Source: Elsinoe ampelina (lineage: Eukaryota). Taken from it: a stretch of DNA of 64,000 bases. The translations under genes and the position numbers were made by a program. The notes below the pieces were generated by a model. The model worked only from the letters and a program-made list of their open reading frames with translations, made no database searches and had not been told where the DNA came from. Position 1 is the stretch's first letter, and each line of letters opens with the position of its first letter. The stretch spans positions 1,344,711 through 1,408,710 of the forward strand of contig ML992502.1 of NCBI GenBank assembly GCA_010093995.1, given 5' to 3'. This document shows positions 47,049 to 59,844 of the stretch, one piece after another.

Positions 47049-48664
47049 TCATTTTGCCGCTAGCCCACTCTTGGTGCCCACTATACTAACGACATCCTCA
47101 TCTGCCACCACATGGCCCAAACCTACTCTTTGTGGAATATGTCGAGCACTGGCTCCCCATACCAATGCATACTTGAAACTCTCCTTGAGGCTCCGATGGA
47201 TCGAGTCGCAGACGTCTTCGATCGTTGAGTTATTCCTCACAATCATGGCTTCGCTGAAGTCGGGATCGATCCCTTTTCTATATCATTGCGTCAGCCCGGC
47301 CAGCTTCGTGTTGCTGTTACAGACATACCTCTTCGTGTATATCCGAATTAGCCGGAGTTCTTCCCAGCATCTGTCGACAACCTCTGTGACACCCAGATCG
47401 AGCTCGCAGCTCATGACCACTGTGTTTGGCTCTCGCGCAAGCTTGTCCATGTGCTCCATGCCGATCGCATCAACCTTGTTGTAGCAGTATAGGCTGCGAA
47501 GCCTGTCAGTCAAGGCTGATTCCGATTGCTACATACATACCATCGGATGTAGGTGCGGTGGTCCTTCATGATCACATCGATGAAATCGTCAACAGTCGCT
47601 GCAAGAATCAGTAGCTGCCCGGTCGTCGTGCTCACTACCCCTTACCATTTTCGTCTCTTACCAGCACTTCGCAGTTAAGCATCTTGTAATCACGCAAGAT
47701 GTTGTAGATCATCTTCTCGTCAACGTTCTTTGGTGGTGCTTGGAATGTAATCTTCATCCCTCCAGCCTTCTTTTGCTTCAAGTAAATGTTCCTGGTCGGT
47801 TAGAAGCAACTTCCATCCGTGGGATACAAACTTACGGAGGTTCTTTGTTCAAGCGAATGCCCACAGCTTCAAGTTCAGCTTCCAAAAGCGCTCGTTGTTC
47901 CGCTCGCTTAGTCGCATCAAGAATCATGAGCACCATGTCACTCGTCTAGGGCTCTGTGAGAAGCTATAATTCAGGACAGATGGAGAGCTTTACCTTTGCA
48001 GCACTGATGACTTGTCGACCTCGACCCTTACCCTCAGCAGCTCCCTCAATGATACCAGGTAGATCGAGGATCTGAATCTCGGCTCCTCCATACTCAAGTA
48101 CACCAGGGATAGCTGTTAAAGTCGTGAACGAATATGCCGCGGCTTCGGATTTTGTCTTCGTCACTTTCGACAGAAACGTCGACTTACCCACCCTAGACAT
48201 ATCAAATTGAGTGAAAGTCCTTCTTGAACAAAGATGTACTCACGAAGGAAAGCCGACGAGAGCTATTCTTGCATCACCCGATTTACTGACGTCGAAACCC
48301 GTCCCTGCCGCACCGCCCGCCCCTGGGCCTGGCTCGAGAAGCTGCGCTCGCAGCCGGGCAAGCTTCCTATCGTCCATCAATACTTGGATAGTCCGCTAAT
48401 ATGATCTTACTCACCCCTTCAATAGACCAAGATGGTACTCTGGCTACTGTTAGCGGAATCTTGACGGCGGTCATGCTCCGAGGCTAACCTGTGGCTTTAT
48501 TCTCTGGAAATTGTCAGCAAAACTGCTCATTCTCATCACAGATTTCCACGTACTCTGCGTCTTTCTCATCTCATCCTCGATCCTACACATCTTGTCAGAA
48601 ACCCATCATACCCTGGTTGCCTGACCATGACTAACTCCTTAATCTTCTCTGTAATGTTCACCAT
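47049..48664 (-). CDS. RBG2: Developmentally regulated GTP-binding protein DRG2/Rbg2; many short exons
   Basis: [55 protein letters not shown] domain [20 protein letters not shown]. Confidence 0.92.
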
Positions 48665-49087
48665 CCTGGCGGTATTTCTAGGGCAACGCTATGCACAAAA
48701 GAAGTGGAAATGATGATATGCACAATCAGTGGTCGCCGCTGTTCGTTCACCTTCGCATCTCCTCCACCAGAAAAGGAAGAGCTTCCGGGGATGCGGCTCT
48801 CACATTGAGCGCTTACGGAAAATTCGGCTCCAAGCGCGCGGCTATCGGGATTTGTCTGGGGATGTCGACGTCACGCTGTGAAATGTGACCAACATGTTCC
48901 ACTGCTGTTCGTGCAGCTATTCAGGCGTTTGGATTTTCTTCTCTTGCATAGCTAGGGTGGGTATAGAGTTTCTATCATATTTCATACGTCCCTACAAGTT
49001 GCAGTCGCACGATGCTCACTGTGTTTGACTCTACACGCATGCAGCCCCAGCGATAGCACACCACAAATCTACTCTTCAGTAGCGAAC

Positions 49088-50737
49088 ATGACAATACCCG
49101 GCGTACCGCACGCGCTTTTGGCGCATCCGGCTCCAACCAGTGCTCATGACGCAGTCAGGCTTCTGGAGGCTCGGTATGAGTCCCTGCTATCTTCTGGCAA
49201 ATTTGAACCATTCTTATACCCTTGGGGAACTGCTGGTGCTGCCATCATCATACTCTTCTTGCTGCTAGATCATCGGGACTCGAGGCTCCTGCAACAACTT
49301 CGCATACCAGTCTGGCTGTGTAATGGTGTCATTTCACTGTATGCGGTCTTCTACCAGCGTGCCCGTAATCCTGCTGGCGCCCTCGGGATTGGTATCATCT
49401 CGGGATGGTCGATGCTCTGGACAGGAGTCTTATTGGTCTTCAACGACTGCCAAAGAGATTATATGCGAATCGAGAGGCGTATACAGTCACCACCTGGCTC
49501 GGAACCACAATCCGATGGCCACGGACTTGGAATCTCTACAGGGCGGCAAGTCCTTGGGGAGACCAATGAAGGACAACCTAGCCTGAGACCCAGACCGCAG
49601 GCCAATGGGTTGGAGCCCGAGTCGAAAGACGGTCAGCCCCCATCAGGCAAGTACTTCTGGCAGCAATACCCCGCCTCCTTCACCGACCGTCTCGACTGGG
49701 TCGTCGACCTCTTCACCACCTTCCGAGGGACAGCCTGGAACTGGCGTGTCGCCGGCCTGGCCCCACCACCTAAGCACGTCACTTCCTGCCTAACCCCAGA
49801 ATCTGCCGCTCCAGAACCATCTCGCCCACCAATCGTCCACACCCACCCCGACCGTCGCTCCCTCCTCCGCCACAACCTCTTCATCTTCCTGCGCAACGCC
49901 CTAATCCTCGACATCCTCAAGACCCTCGTCTCCCACGACCCCTACTTCTGGGGCCAAGTCAACACTCCAGTCCCACCACCCTACATCCCTACCGCCCTCC
50001 ACTTCCCCGCCGCTCTCCGCTTCTTCCGCCTTCTCATCGCTTTGGGTCTCATGAAATTCGCCCTCCAACTCATCTTCTCCCTCGGTCCCCTCTTCTTTGT
50101 TGGCCTTCTTCCACCTCATCTCTTTCCCGTAAGAGCGGAGGCGTGGGATCACCCGGATCAATTCGGTCCTTTTTCTTTTGTCTTCACGAAAGGTCTGGCT
50201 GGGTGGTGGGGTGGGTTCTGGCATCAGACGTTCCGGAAAGGGTTTGAGGCGCCCGGGCAGAGGGCTGTAGAAGCGTTGGGGTTAGAGCCGAGGAGTCTGA
50301 AGGGGAAGGTAGTACAGTTGTTTATTGCTTTTGGTTTGAGTGGGCTTTTGCATGCGTGCGGGAGCATGACGGAGATAGGGGAAACGAGGCCGCTGCGAGG
50401 CCCGTTTGTATTCTTCCTCAGCCAGGCAGTGGGGATCACCATCGAGATGGGAGCGAAGATGTGGCTGAAGCAGAAGGAATGGAGTCAGCACATCCCTTCG
50501 TGGCTGGGCCAGCTTGGAAACTTTGTGTTCGCGCATTGTTGGCTATATATCACTGCTCCGTGGATGGTGGAGGACTTTAGCAAGGGGGGAGTCTGGCTGT
50601 TTGAGCCCTTACCTGTGAGCATTTTCAGGGGCCCGTTGAGGTTGGGAGATGCAGAAGATGGGTTTTGGCGATGGCATGGTACCTTTGCGAAATGGCACAC
50701 AGGAGATACTTGGTGGAAGACAGGAATCGCTCTCTGA
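49088..50737 (+). CDS. Membrane-bound O-acyltransferase (wax synthase / MBOAT_2 family)
   Basis: Multi-TM protein; FRGTAWNW; GLAGWWGGFWHQTFR; AFGLSGLLH; FFLSQAVGI. Confidence 0.85.
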   Translation: MTIPGVPHALLAHPAPTSAHDAVRLLEARYESLLSSGKFEPFLYPWGTAGAAIIILFLLLDHRDSRLLQQLRIPVWLCNGVISLYAVFYQRARNPAGALGIGIISGWSMLWTGVLLVFNDCQRDYMRIERRIQSPPGSEPQSDGHGLGISTGRQVLGETNEGQPSLRPRPQANGLEPESKDGQPPSGKYFWQQYPASFTDRLDWVVDLFTTFRGTAWNWRVAGLAPPPKHVTSCLTPESAAPEPSRPPIVHTHPDRRSLLRHNLFIFLRNALILDILKTLVSHDPYFWGQVNTPVPPPYIPTALHFPAALRFFRLLIALGLMKFALQLIFSLGPLFFVGLLPPHLFPVRAEAWDHPDQFGPFSFVFTKGLAGWWGGFWHQTFRKGFEAPGQRAVEALGLEPRSLKGKVVQLFIAFGLSGLLHACGSMTEIGETRPLRGPFVFFLSQAVGITIEMGAKMWLKQKEWSQHIPSWLGQLGNFVFAHCWLYITAPWMVEDFSKGGVWLFEPLPVSIFRGPLRLGDAEDGFWRWHGTFAKWHTGDTWWKTGIAL

Positions 50738-50853
50738 AGGGGCTTGTATATAAGCTGGAAATGGACGCTCTGTCATGGTGGTATAAACAGGATATGCACA
50801 CTGCCAGTCTCGAGCCCGACGCTGTTCCCGCACCAGTGTAAAGCAGTGGATGA

Positions 50854-51952
50854 TTAGATAAGGTCCCTCTTCACAAACTCTTCGTGCAGACGTTTGCCCA
50901 ACGCTGCTGGGCTTCGCTCTACGACGACACCGGCGGCTTCGAGAGCACTGATCTTTGAGTCTGCACCACCTTTACCACCGCTCACAATTGCACCCGCATG
51001 ACCCATACGGCGGCCAGGAGGAGCCGATATACCAGCGATAAATGACACCACGGGCTTGTTGTTGACGTTGTTGCTCTTCAGGAAGTCGGCGGCATCCTCC
51101 TCGGCGGAACCACCGATTTCGCCGATCATAATTATGCCGTCCGTCTCTTTGTCTTCAAGGAAAACCTTCAGGCAGTCGATAAAGTTGGTACCAGAGAAGG
51201 GGTCGCCGCCGATACCCACGACAAGAGATTGGCCGAGACCTGCTTGAGTTGTTTGGTTGACAGCTTCGTAGGTGAGAGTTCCTGAACGAGAGACAATTCC
51301 GATGCGACCACGCTTGTGGATAAAGCCAGGCATGATACCGATTTTGCATTGACCCTAGGTGTCCGTCAGTGCTGGTCCTAGGAGAAAAATAACCCCCCCC
51401 CCCACACGGGACCCCCCAAAATCCAAGCCACGTAACTAAACATCCAATGCTGAGAATACTTACAGGTGCGATGATGCCAGGGCAGTTCGGTCCTACGAGA
51501 CGAGTCTTGCTTTGTGTTTTGAGCATATCCGTGATGCGAACCATGTCGTGCTGGGGAATGCCCTCAGTGATGCAAACAACCAGGGGAATCTCGGCTTGGA
51601 TTGCCTCCTCGATACCAGCAGCAGCGACAGGAGGTGGGACGAAGATGGCAGAAGCAGTAGCTCCAGTCTCCTTCACGGCATCTGAGACGTTCTTGAAGAC
51701 AGGTTGGCCAAGATGTGTTTCTCCAGCTTTTTTTGGGTTGGTACCTCCAACGACCTTTGTGCCATATTCGATCGCTTGCTGAGCATGGAATGTACCCTGC
51801 TTGCCAGTGAAACCTTGGAAAATGACCTTTGTATCGCTGTTGATCCTGAGGTTGGTGTTGGTGGTCAGGTATGGTGAGCTGGCAGATGCATAGGTCCTCC
51901 TTTGCAGCGCAGACCGCAGCATAGCGCCCGCGGGCTTCTTGAAGCTCTGCAT
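50854..51952 (-). CDS. LSC1: Succinyl-CoA ligase alpha subunit, mitochondrial; intron approx. 51462-51356
   Basis: [40 protein letters not shown]; Arg-rich presequence. Confidence 0.96.
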
Positions 51953-52226
51953 GGCGCCGCAGAGGAAGTTGAAGGTTCAATTGGGGTTAGTTCTTGGGGG
52001 GTGGTCAATCGCGGAAGATAAACACGAAGCAGCTGAAGTTCCTTTCCGAAAAGCTTCACGTGCTGGTCCTTGGCGCCCCGAGCTCTCCGATTTCCTCCAC
52101 CTCAGGGTGCGGCTCTGCGTCAAGCAAATTAATCATATCCGCTACGTGACTCGCAGGCCATATCGAAATCTGAAACCCACCTGAAATGCACTCTCGGTCC
52201 TTCGCTTAGTCTCGCCACTTAGCACC

Positions 52227-54019
52227 ATGTCAACCACGACAGTCACAGAGACGCGGGCGCCAAAAATACGCCCTGCCAAAAATCTAAAGTTGCCACCAGA
52301 AAATGAGCGTCAGATTCGAGCATGTGCAGATATTGCCAAAGCACTCATAGACGACTATGAAGCACAGCTCGCCGATGCCAAATCGAAGCGGGATATCAAC
52401 CTCAATGCTCTCCGCTCCAGCGTTGCAAAGAAGCATTTCTTGAGCAATCAGCCACCCCTCACCTCAATCATCGCCGCTGTTCCCGAGCACTACAAGAAGT
52501 ACATCTTGCCAAAGTTGGTGGCGAAGCCGATCAGGAGCGCGTCTGGTATCGCTGTCGTGGCCGTAATGTGCAAGCCGCACAGATGTCCACACATAGCATA
52601 TACCGGTAATGTCTGTGTCTACTGCCCTGGCGGACCAGACTCGGACTTCGAGTATTCCACGCAATCATACACTGGTTACGAGCCGACTTCGATGAGGGCT
52701 ATCAGAGCTAGATACGACCCCTTTGAGCAGGCTCGCGGGCGGGTGGACCAGATCAAGTCACTTGGTCACAACGTCGACAAGGTGGAATACATCATTATGG
52801 GTGGGACATTCATGTCACTTCCGGAGAGCTATCGAGATGAGTTCATCTCGCAACTACACAACGCTCTCAGTGGATATCAGACCAAAGACGTGGATGAGGC
52901 GGTCGTTGCTGGTGAGATGAGCAACATCAAATGTGTTGGTATTACAATTGAGACTCGACCGGACTACTGCCTGGACAACCATCTCAGCAGCATGCTTCGG
53001 TATGGATGCACACGTCTGGAAATAGGCACGCAATCCATCTTCGAGGACGTTGCTCGGGACACGAATCGTGGACATACTGTAGCCGCGGTAGCAGAGACAT
53101 TCAAGCTCGCTAAGGATGCTGGATTCAAAGTCGTCACACATATGATGCCTGATCTACCAAATGTCGGGATGGAGCGGGATCTCCATCAATTCAAAGAGTT
53201 CTTCGAGAACCCGGCTTTCCGACCTGATGGGTGAGTGTGCTGATGCTCTTGAGTAGTTCATGACTAATCTCAGCAAGGCTGAAAATCTATCCTACACTAG
53301 TCATCCGAGGCACTGGTCTGTACGAGCTTTGGAGGACTGGTCGTTTCAAGTCATACACTCCAAATGAGCTGATAGATCTGGTAGCGCGGATACTGGCCAT
53401 GGTTCCTCCGTGGACTCGTATCTACAGGGTTCAGCGTGACATTCCCATGCCGCTCGTCTCATCTGGAGTAGAGAACGGCAATCTACGAGAGCTTGCACTA
53501 TCTAGGATGAAGGATTTCGGCACTACCTGCCGGGATGTCCGCACTCGTGAGGTCGGCGTCAATGAAGTCAAGAACAAGATCCGACCATCTCAGGTCGAGC
53601 TTGTTCGGCGTGACTACACCGCCAATGGCGGCTGGGAAACTTTCCTTGCTTATGAAGATCCCAAGCAAGACATTCTCATTGGGCTTCTGCGCCTACGCAA
53701 ATGCAGTACCACGCACACTTTCCGTCCTGAGCTTACTGGCCAGCCGACAAGCCTGGTCCGAGAGCTTCACGTCTATGGTTCCAGTGTACCAATTCATGCA
53801 AGGAATGCGAAGAACTTTCAGCACCAAGGTTACGGTACGTTGCTAATGGAGGAAGCCGAACGCATCGCAAGGAACGAACATGGCTCGAGCAAAATCAGTG
53901 TCATCTCCGGGGTCGGTGTTCGAAGCTACTATGCCCGGCTGGGATACGAACTTGATGGACCGTACATGAGCAAAACTCTGAAGCCAAGGAGCTTGCTGGA
54001 CGACGAAGAAGACGACTGA
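52227..54019 (+). CDS. ELP3: Elongator subunit Elp3 (radical SAM + acetyltransferase); intron approx. 53231-53277
   Basis: CKPHRCPH...[36 protein letters not shown]. Confidence 0.97.
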
Positions 54020-56290
54020 AATGAGATACGGCGTCCCTGAATTTAGTTATTGCATAGCGCCGGTCCAGGAAACAGGAAGGGAATATCCACAAACCCATAT
54101 AGACGGAGGTAAAAAGTGCTCTACAAGCGTGTTTGCAAGATCAACGACTGGCTTGCACTTCCTCTTTGCAAACATACGAACGTTGAACTTGCGGCACCAG
54201 TCTGGCGATAGAAGCTCAAATATACACCTACCCCGAAACAGATGGTATCAAATACGGCTTGTTCGAGAACAATGCCACAACGAACGGACAGCTCCAGCGT
54301 ACTGACTTCCAGACTTGAACGTTGTTACACTGTCTTCATATATGCGCAAGAGCCAACGAGACTTGCGTGGCGGGAATTGGCAGACTGCCGGAACCTCCAT
54401 AATGATGATGGGCAAGCCGCTGCACTACTGCTCTCTCCAGGCCGATGGACCACCTCCGCCTGGAGACTGGGGAACGGGTAGAACAGACCTGTCTGGGGTG
54501 CGAGTTGAGTGGATTGAGGATGAGGAATGTCACAATTGAGTCGAGTGTCTCGCAAAGAGATCAAGCTCGCCTGCGTCGGATTCTGGGGTCCGGCCAAAAG
54601 TCTGATGCCTATCTAAACGAGGGGAGAACATTCTCCATGCAGGAAGCTAAAAATTGCATCTCAGGTCGGCCAAACCATTACCCTTAATATCAGCCGCCAA
54701 GCGAGAATAGAACGGAACACAAAAGACAAGCTGTGACACTTCCCGTCAACACAATCGCAAGAATTATACCGTTCAGAGATGCCCAAGAGAACCAAGACAA
54801 GGCTTGTGTCACTTACTTTGGCACTTCAGAAGCCTTTCGGATGATGTAGGGGCGAACGATGTCAGGATGTCTGGAAGTGAAAAGCTTAGCTGGATATGCT
54901 TCTAAGGTGCTGTATGTTCGGCCGGGCCTCGGAGATGTCTTCCATACCAGCTCCAACGTTGTGCTCGCGCACCCCAGTGCAGCGCAAAACAGGCTGGATG
55001 AGTCTGCCAGTGGAGAATGGGACAGCAGGGACACGGAGCTTATGTGCTTGAAAGTAGACTCGGAAGTGCACAGCTCACGACTTGAAGAAGCTACCATGAG
55101 TCTGGCCGATTACGGATATTCAGCCACGTGCCATCTCGAGGGTGTTACAATTTGGGACGAAGGTCAATTCGCGGAACTCCGCGGGCTTCTCAAATCAAGG
55201 TCAATAGTGGAGCGGCATGCCGCTTTGGGAAAGTCGCAACACGGCTGATATGATCAAGCGGTTTGTTTTCGTGCTTGTCCGGCGTCGAATGGAGTGTTCG
55301 TCTTGCCAAGTCAACAGAAGGGCTCTGATATGTTTAGTGTTCCTCAGGACGTGTGCCATCAGGAGCATCTTGAGCCAAAATGGACAAGGCGGAAACCGGA
55401 ACATGAGGCTCTTCTACAAAACGAATGCTTGATATCCACTTGCGTAGGCCAAGTCGGGATGACAGGTCGGTGACCCACGCACACCGCCAACACTACCAGA
55501 TCGCATATCGGTGCATGCTTCCCTCGATGCATCCATCTACGGGGCAAGACGGGACGATCAAGCATGCCATTGACATCTCACTCGGTGCACTCACTTTATT
55601 TCCTGCCGTTGAGATGGCTGTCACAGTAGCCGATCCTCCAAAGCCCGACCTGCATTTCACTCGTGGGGGCGGGACAGAACGACGACCCACTGACTACCTC
55701 GGCCCCTTCTGGGTTATTCGTGAGACTTTCATTGAGCAATACAGACTTCCTACAGCCACGAGGTTGCACCGTTGAAACAGGGTTTCATGGACACGAGGCG
55801 CGACGAAGCATGCGAAGACACGGTAAGCTTCTCTTGCCAGCAACATCAAGCTCCACACAAAACTCTTCTCCGATTCGGGCCTCATGATAATGACCAACCA
55901 TAGAGCTTCCTCTCCCTTTAGCGTCTAGGCACTGGCGGCTTGGCCACAAGGAACCCAACGCCGTCCCCTTGGCGAGGGCGCCACTGACACGCTGGTAGGA
56001 CGTCTCTCGCAATATTGGTCCATCCCGAATGCTGATCTGCTCGTGGGATGGTCGTGTGCGTTTCCACCCTTGTCGTGAGGTGTGATTTGCGATTTCTGGA
56101 GATGGCGCGGGGGAAGCCTGGGGTCGATAAAGTAGGTCGATGACCCCTCTGTAAAAAAGAGCATAGGGCTTCGTCTTCTTTTCTGAAAGTACGTCGCATT
56201 CTTCATACGTTCTATCTGGAACCTCATACCCCCACATTGCATCGTCTCTCCTAACAAACCGCACCTCCTGCCAGTACTCCGCCACCCATC

Positions 56291-58081
56291 ATGGCACCCA
56301 ACCAACCAGCTGACCCCCTTGCGGTCGGTATCATTCCCACCGCGAAGCAAGCATGGAAAGATCTCTTCATCTGGAAGCAGCGTGTGGTGGTCCACAACGA
56401 CGCTGGTGAGACATACACTGAGTGGCAGGACCCGCCCAAGTTCCGCAACCCATTCAGCCTCATGGCAATGCTGTCTGCCCGCGCATGGATCTTCTTCCTC
56501 GTCGGTCTCGCAGCATGGACCGCAGATGCTTTCGACTTCCACGCCCTGTCGATCCAGACTGTCAAGCTCGCTGCGTACTACGAAACTTCCAAGACAAATA
56601 TCACATCAGCCATCACCTTGACGCTTCTGCTCCGCACGGTCGGCGCAGCTGCGTTCGGTATTGCTGGTGATAAATATGGAAGGAAATGGCCCATGGTCAT
56701 CAACATGTGGATCTTGGGACTGCTACAGATCGCAACCATCTACAGCGCTACTTTCCAGCAGTTCCTGGCTGTACGCAGTCTCTTCGGTCTCTTCATGGGC
56801 GGAGTGTAAGTGCCAACCACACCCCGGCTATCCTAGCACGTGGGCTAACTCCATCTCCAGCTACGGCAACGCCATCGCAATGGCTCTCGAGAACTGCCCG
56901 GCTGATGCTCGTGGACTCATGTCTGGTATCCTCCAGCAAGGGTACAGCATGGGATACGTTTTTGCTGCTGTGTGTACCCCCTTAGATCCATATTGTTCCG
57001 ATATTCATCGAATCCCAGTGCGCAAACCTCGGCGTCGGCGGCAGCACCGAATCATGGAAGACTGTCTTCTGGATCGCAGCAGGCATTTCCATCGCCGTCG
57101 GCTTCCTCCGTATCTGCTTCCCTGAATCGCAGCAGTTCATCGACAAGAAGGCCGCTGGCAAAGCCAACCCAGCCCCAAGCCTGTTCTGGAAAGAAACTAG
57201 ACTCATGCTCAAAGAACAGTGGAAGATGGTCATCTACTGCATTATTCTCATGACCTGGTTCAACTGTAAGAACTCCATACCTGGTTGACCTGCTGAGATA
57301 CTGATCTTGTGCAGTCTACTCCCACACTTCTCAGGATTCTTACACCACCTTCATGATTGAGCAGAAGGAACTCAACAACAGCCAAGCTTCCCGTGCATCG
57401 ATCATGATGAAGGTTGGTGCATGCGTTGGTGGAACCATTATCGGCTACGCTTCGCAATTCGTCGGTCGTCGCCGTGCCATGGTCGTTGCATCTCTCATGT
57501 CTGGTATCTTGATCCCAGCCTGGATCCTTCCAGAAGGCGAGCGATCCCTGTCGGCATCCGGCTTCTTCATGCAATTCTTCGTCCAGGGTGCTTGGTAAGT
57601 GGATGCTCGCGATATGGTGTACACCGTCACTGACTTAGTGCAGGGGTGTCATCCCGATCCATCTCAACGAGCTGTCGCCTCCTGCGTACAGATCTACCTT
57701 CCCTGGTACTACGTGAGTCGTCATAATCTGATCTGACGTCTTCGTCGCTGACTCATGCCAAGATATCAAATCGGGAACATGATTTCGTCCCCTTCAGCTC
57801 AAATCGTCAACGCTCTCTCAGAGAGCCATTTCGTCCGTAGCGTTACAGGGGAGAGGGTAGAAGCGTACGGTCCCGTAATGGGCATAGCCACTGCAATTAT
57901 CGCCTTGGGAATCGCTGTCACTGTCGCCTTCGGACCAGAGAAGCGTGGTAGAGCCTTTGAGAACGAGCCAGCGGCTGGTGTTGTTCTGGCAACGAAGGAG
58001 ATCGATGATGTCGAGAGCCAGAGCGACAAGAAGGCCAGCGACAGTGACGAGGCGAGGATCGAGCGATCCGAGAAGGTCTAA
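56291..58081 (+). CDS. JEN1: Jen1-type carboxylate/H+ symporter (MFS, SHS family); about 5 introns
   Basis: DAFDF, GDKYGRKWP, ARGLMSGILQQGYSMGY, SHTSQDSY, GVIPIHLNELSP, YQIGNMISS. Confidence 0.9.
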
Positions 58082-58687
58082 GGTATGATTTTGCGGTGGT
58101 AGTATGTCAGCTACTATCTACCAGAACTACCAGAATGGAAATCAGGTCTTGCAATGCAATCGTCTGGTTTAATAGCTGCGTCAGCGGATACCCAGGAACA
58201 ACAAGATAGTGATTTGGTGACACCAGGTTGTGTAGGGACATCAATAGGAGCTGGTCGTCGCACGCTTCCCATGCCGTCACATGCAAAGGTCGCATTTGTC
58301 CTCGCCCCAAGTCCGGCCGGAACCTTCCCCCTGAGATGACCCACCACCACGCTGAGCTTTTCTACAGACGATGACTTGCAATAGCTATTTGCAAACCCAG
58401 ACAGCACATATTCGAGCGACGGGGTTTGACCGAGTGGGGTCTCACCATGGGCGGCTTGACATCACGGCTGATGTCCTTTGGAGTCCAAGATGATGAGCCA
58501 GGTCCCCTCGTACACACACATCATGACGCCGAGGAAATTTTTGAAGTTCGAAGAGTACGAGTTTGCTAACGGTCGAGATGTTCACGTTCTGAAGCTGGGC
58601 CGCAGGATTGCATTCTTTTCCACTATTCGAAATATTGCAGTATCCCAACATTCAACGTGGAAAGGTATGTACATTCTTCCTACTTGT

Positions 58688-59844
58688 CTATGGCTTGAGC
58701 AACAGCTTGCCGGTAGTGACACGGCCTTCAATGTCTGTATGAGCCCTTGCGCTCTCCTGCAGTGGATACTCTTCGTGTATCCGAACATTCAGCTTGTCCT
58801 TCAAGACGTAGTCGAACAGCTGGTTGGTATACGTCTCAAACTCCTCCCTGGTCGCCACATAGTTGAACAGTGTCGGCCTCGCGATCTTTGCATTCTTCGC
58901 CGTCAAGCGCCTACCACGGTCAGCTTCTTTCCCCTCAAGCCCCCAAGCAGTACTCACGAGATAGCAAAAGGCGGCACAGCACCACTCGCATTTCCAAAAC
59001 TCGCCATCGTCCCCTTCCTCGCCAACACATCCAGACTCAGATCAAACGTAGCCTTCCCCACGCCATCAAACACCGCCTTGACCCCCTCCCCATTCGTATG
59101 CTCCTTGACGGCCCCCTTGACCTCCTCCTCCCCATACCCAACCACCACATCCGCTCCATTCTCCGTCGCCAACTTCCTCTTATCCTCCGTGCTCGCCGTC
59201 GCAATCGTCTTCGCCCCGACCGCCCTAAGCAACTGACACAACCACAACCCCACCCCGCCGGCCGCCGCATGCACCAACACCCAATCCCCCTTCTTCACCT
59301 CATACGTCTCCTTGATCAACGTCAACGCCGTGAGCCCCTGCAGCAGCGCAGCAGCAGCTACGTCCTCCTTCAACCCCTCAGGGATGCGCACCACCTTCCC
59401 CGCCGGGGCGGCGGTGTACTCCGCGTACGTCGCCTCGCTCATGTACACGACCTTATCCCCCTCTTTCAGCCCGTGAGGGGTGCCTTGCGGTGCCGAGACG
59501 ATGGTGCCGGAGGCTTCGCGGCCGAGCATGTAGGGGAACGAAGGGGCGGGGTATAGGCCGGTGCGGAAGTAGGTGTCGATGTAGTTGACGCCGATGAACG
59601 AGTTGTGGATGAGGACTTGGCCTTCTTTGGGCTGCGGGAGGGGCAGGTCGGTTTTGTATTCGAGGACATCGACGCCGCCTGTTTTTTGGATCGTGACGCC
59701 CTTCATGGTGGTGGGGAGGGAGGTGGACATGGTGCGGATGTGGAAGCGGGGGTTGCTTGGGATGGGTGGGTGTCTGGTGGTGATTGATGGGGTTCTGGTG
59801 GTGATGTGGGTGGTGATTTGGCGAAGTCGTGGGAGGAAAGACAT
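58688..59844 (-). CDS. ZTA1: NADPH:quinone reductase (zeta-crystallin / Zta1-like); one intron approx. 58955-58909
   Basis: GVNYIDTYFRTGLY, LGREASG, LLQGLTA, VLVHAAAGGVG, VFDGVGK, FGNASG, TTGKLLL. Confidence 0.92.

Noticed and set aside
49088..50737. MBOAT as part of a secondary-metabolite cluster
   Set aside because: Flanked by DRG2 and LSC1; no PKS, NRPS or terpene synthase in the window.
54020..56290. ORFs of 60-200 aa between ELP3 and JEN1 (e.g. 54859-55248)
   Set aside because: No recognisable domains and overlapping frames on both strands; likely JEN1 upstream regulatory DNA.
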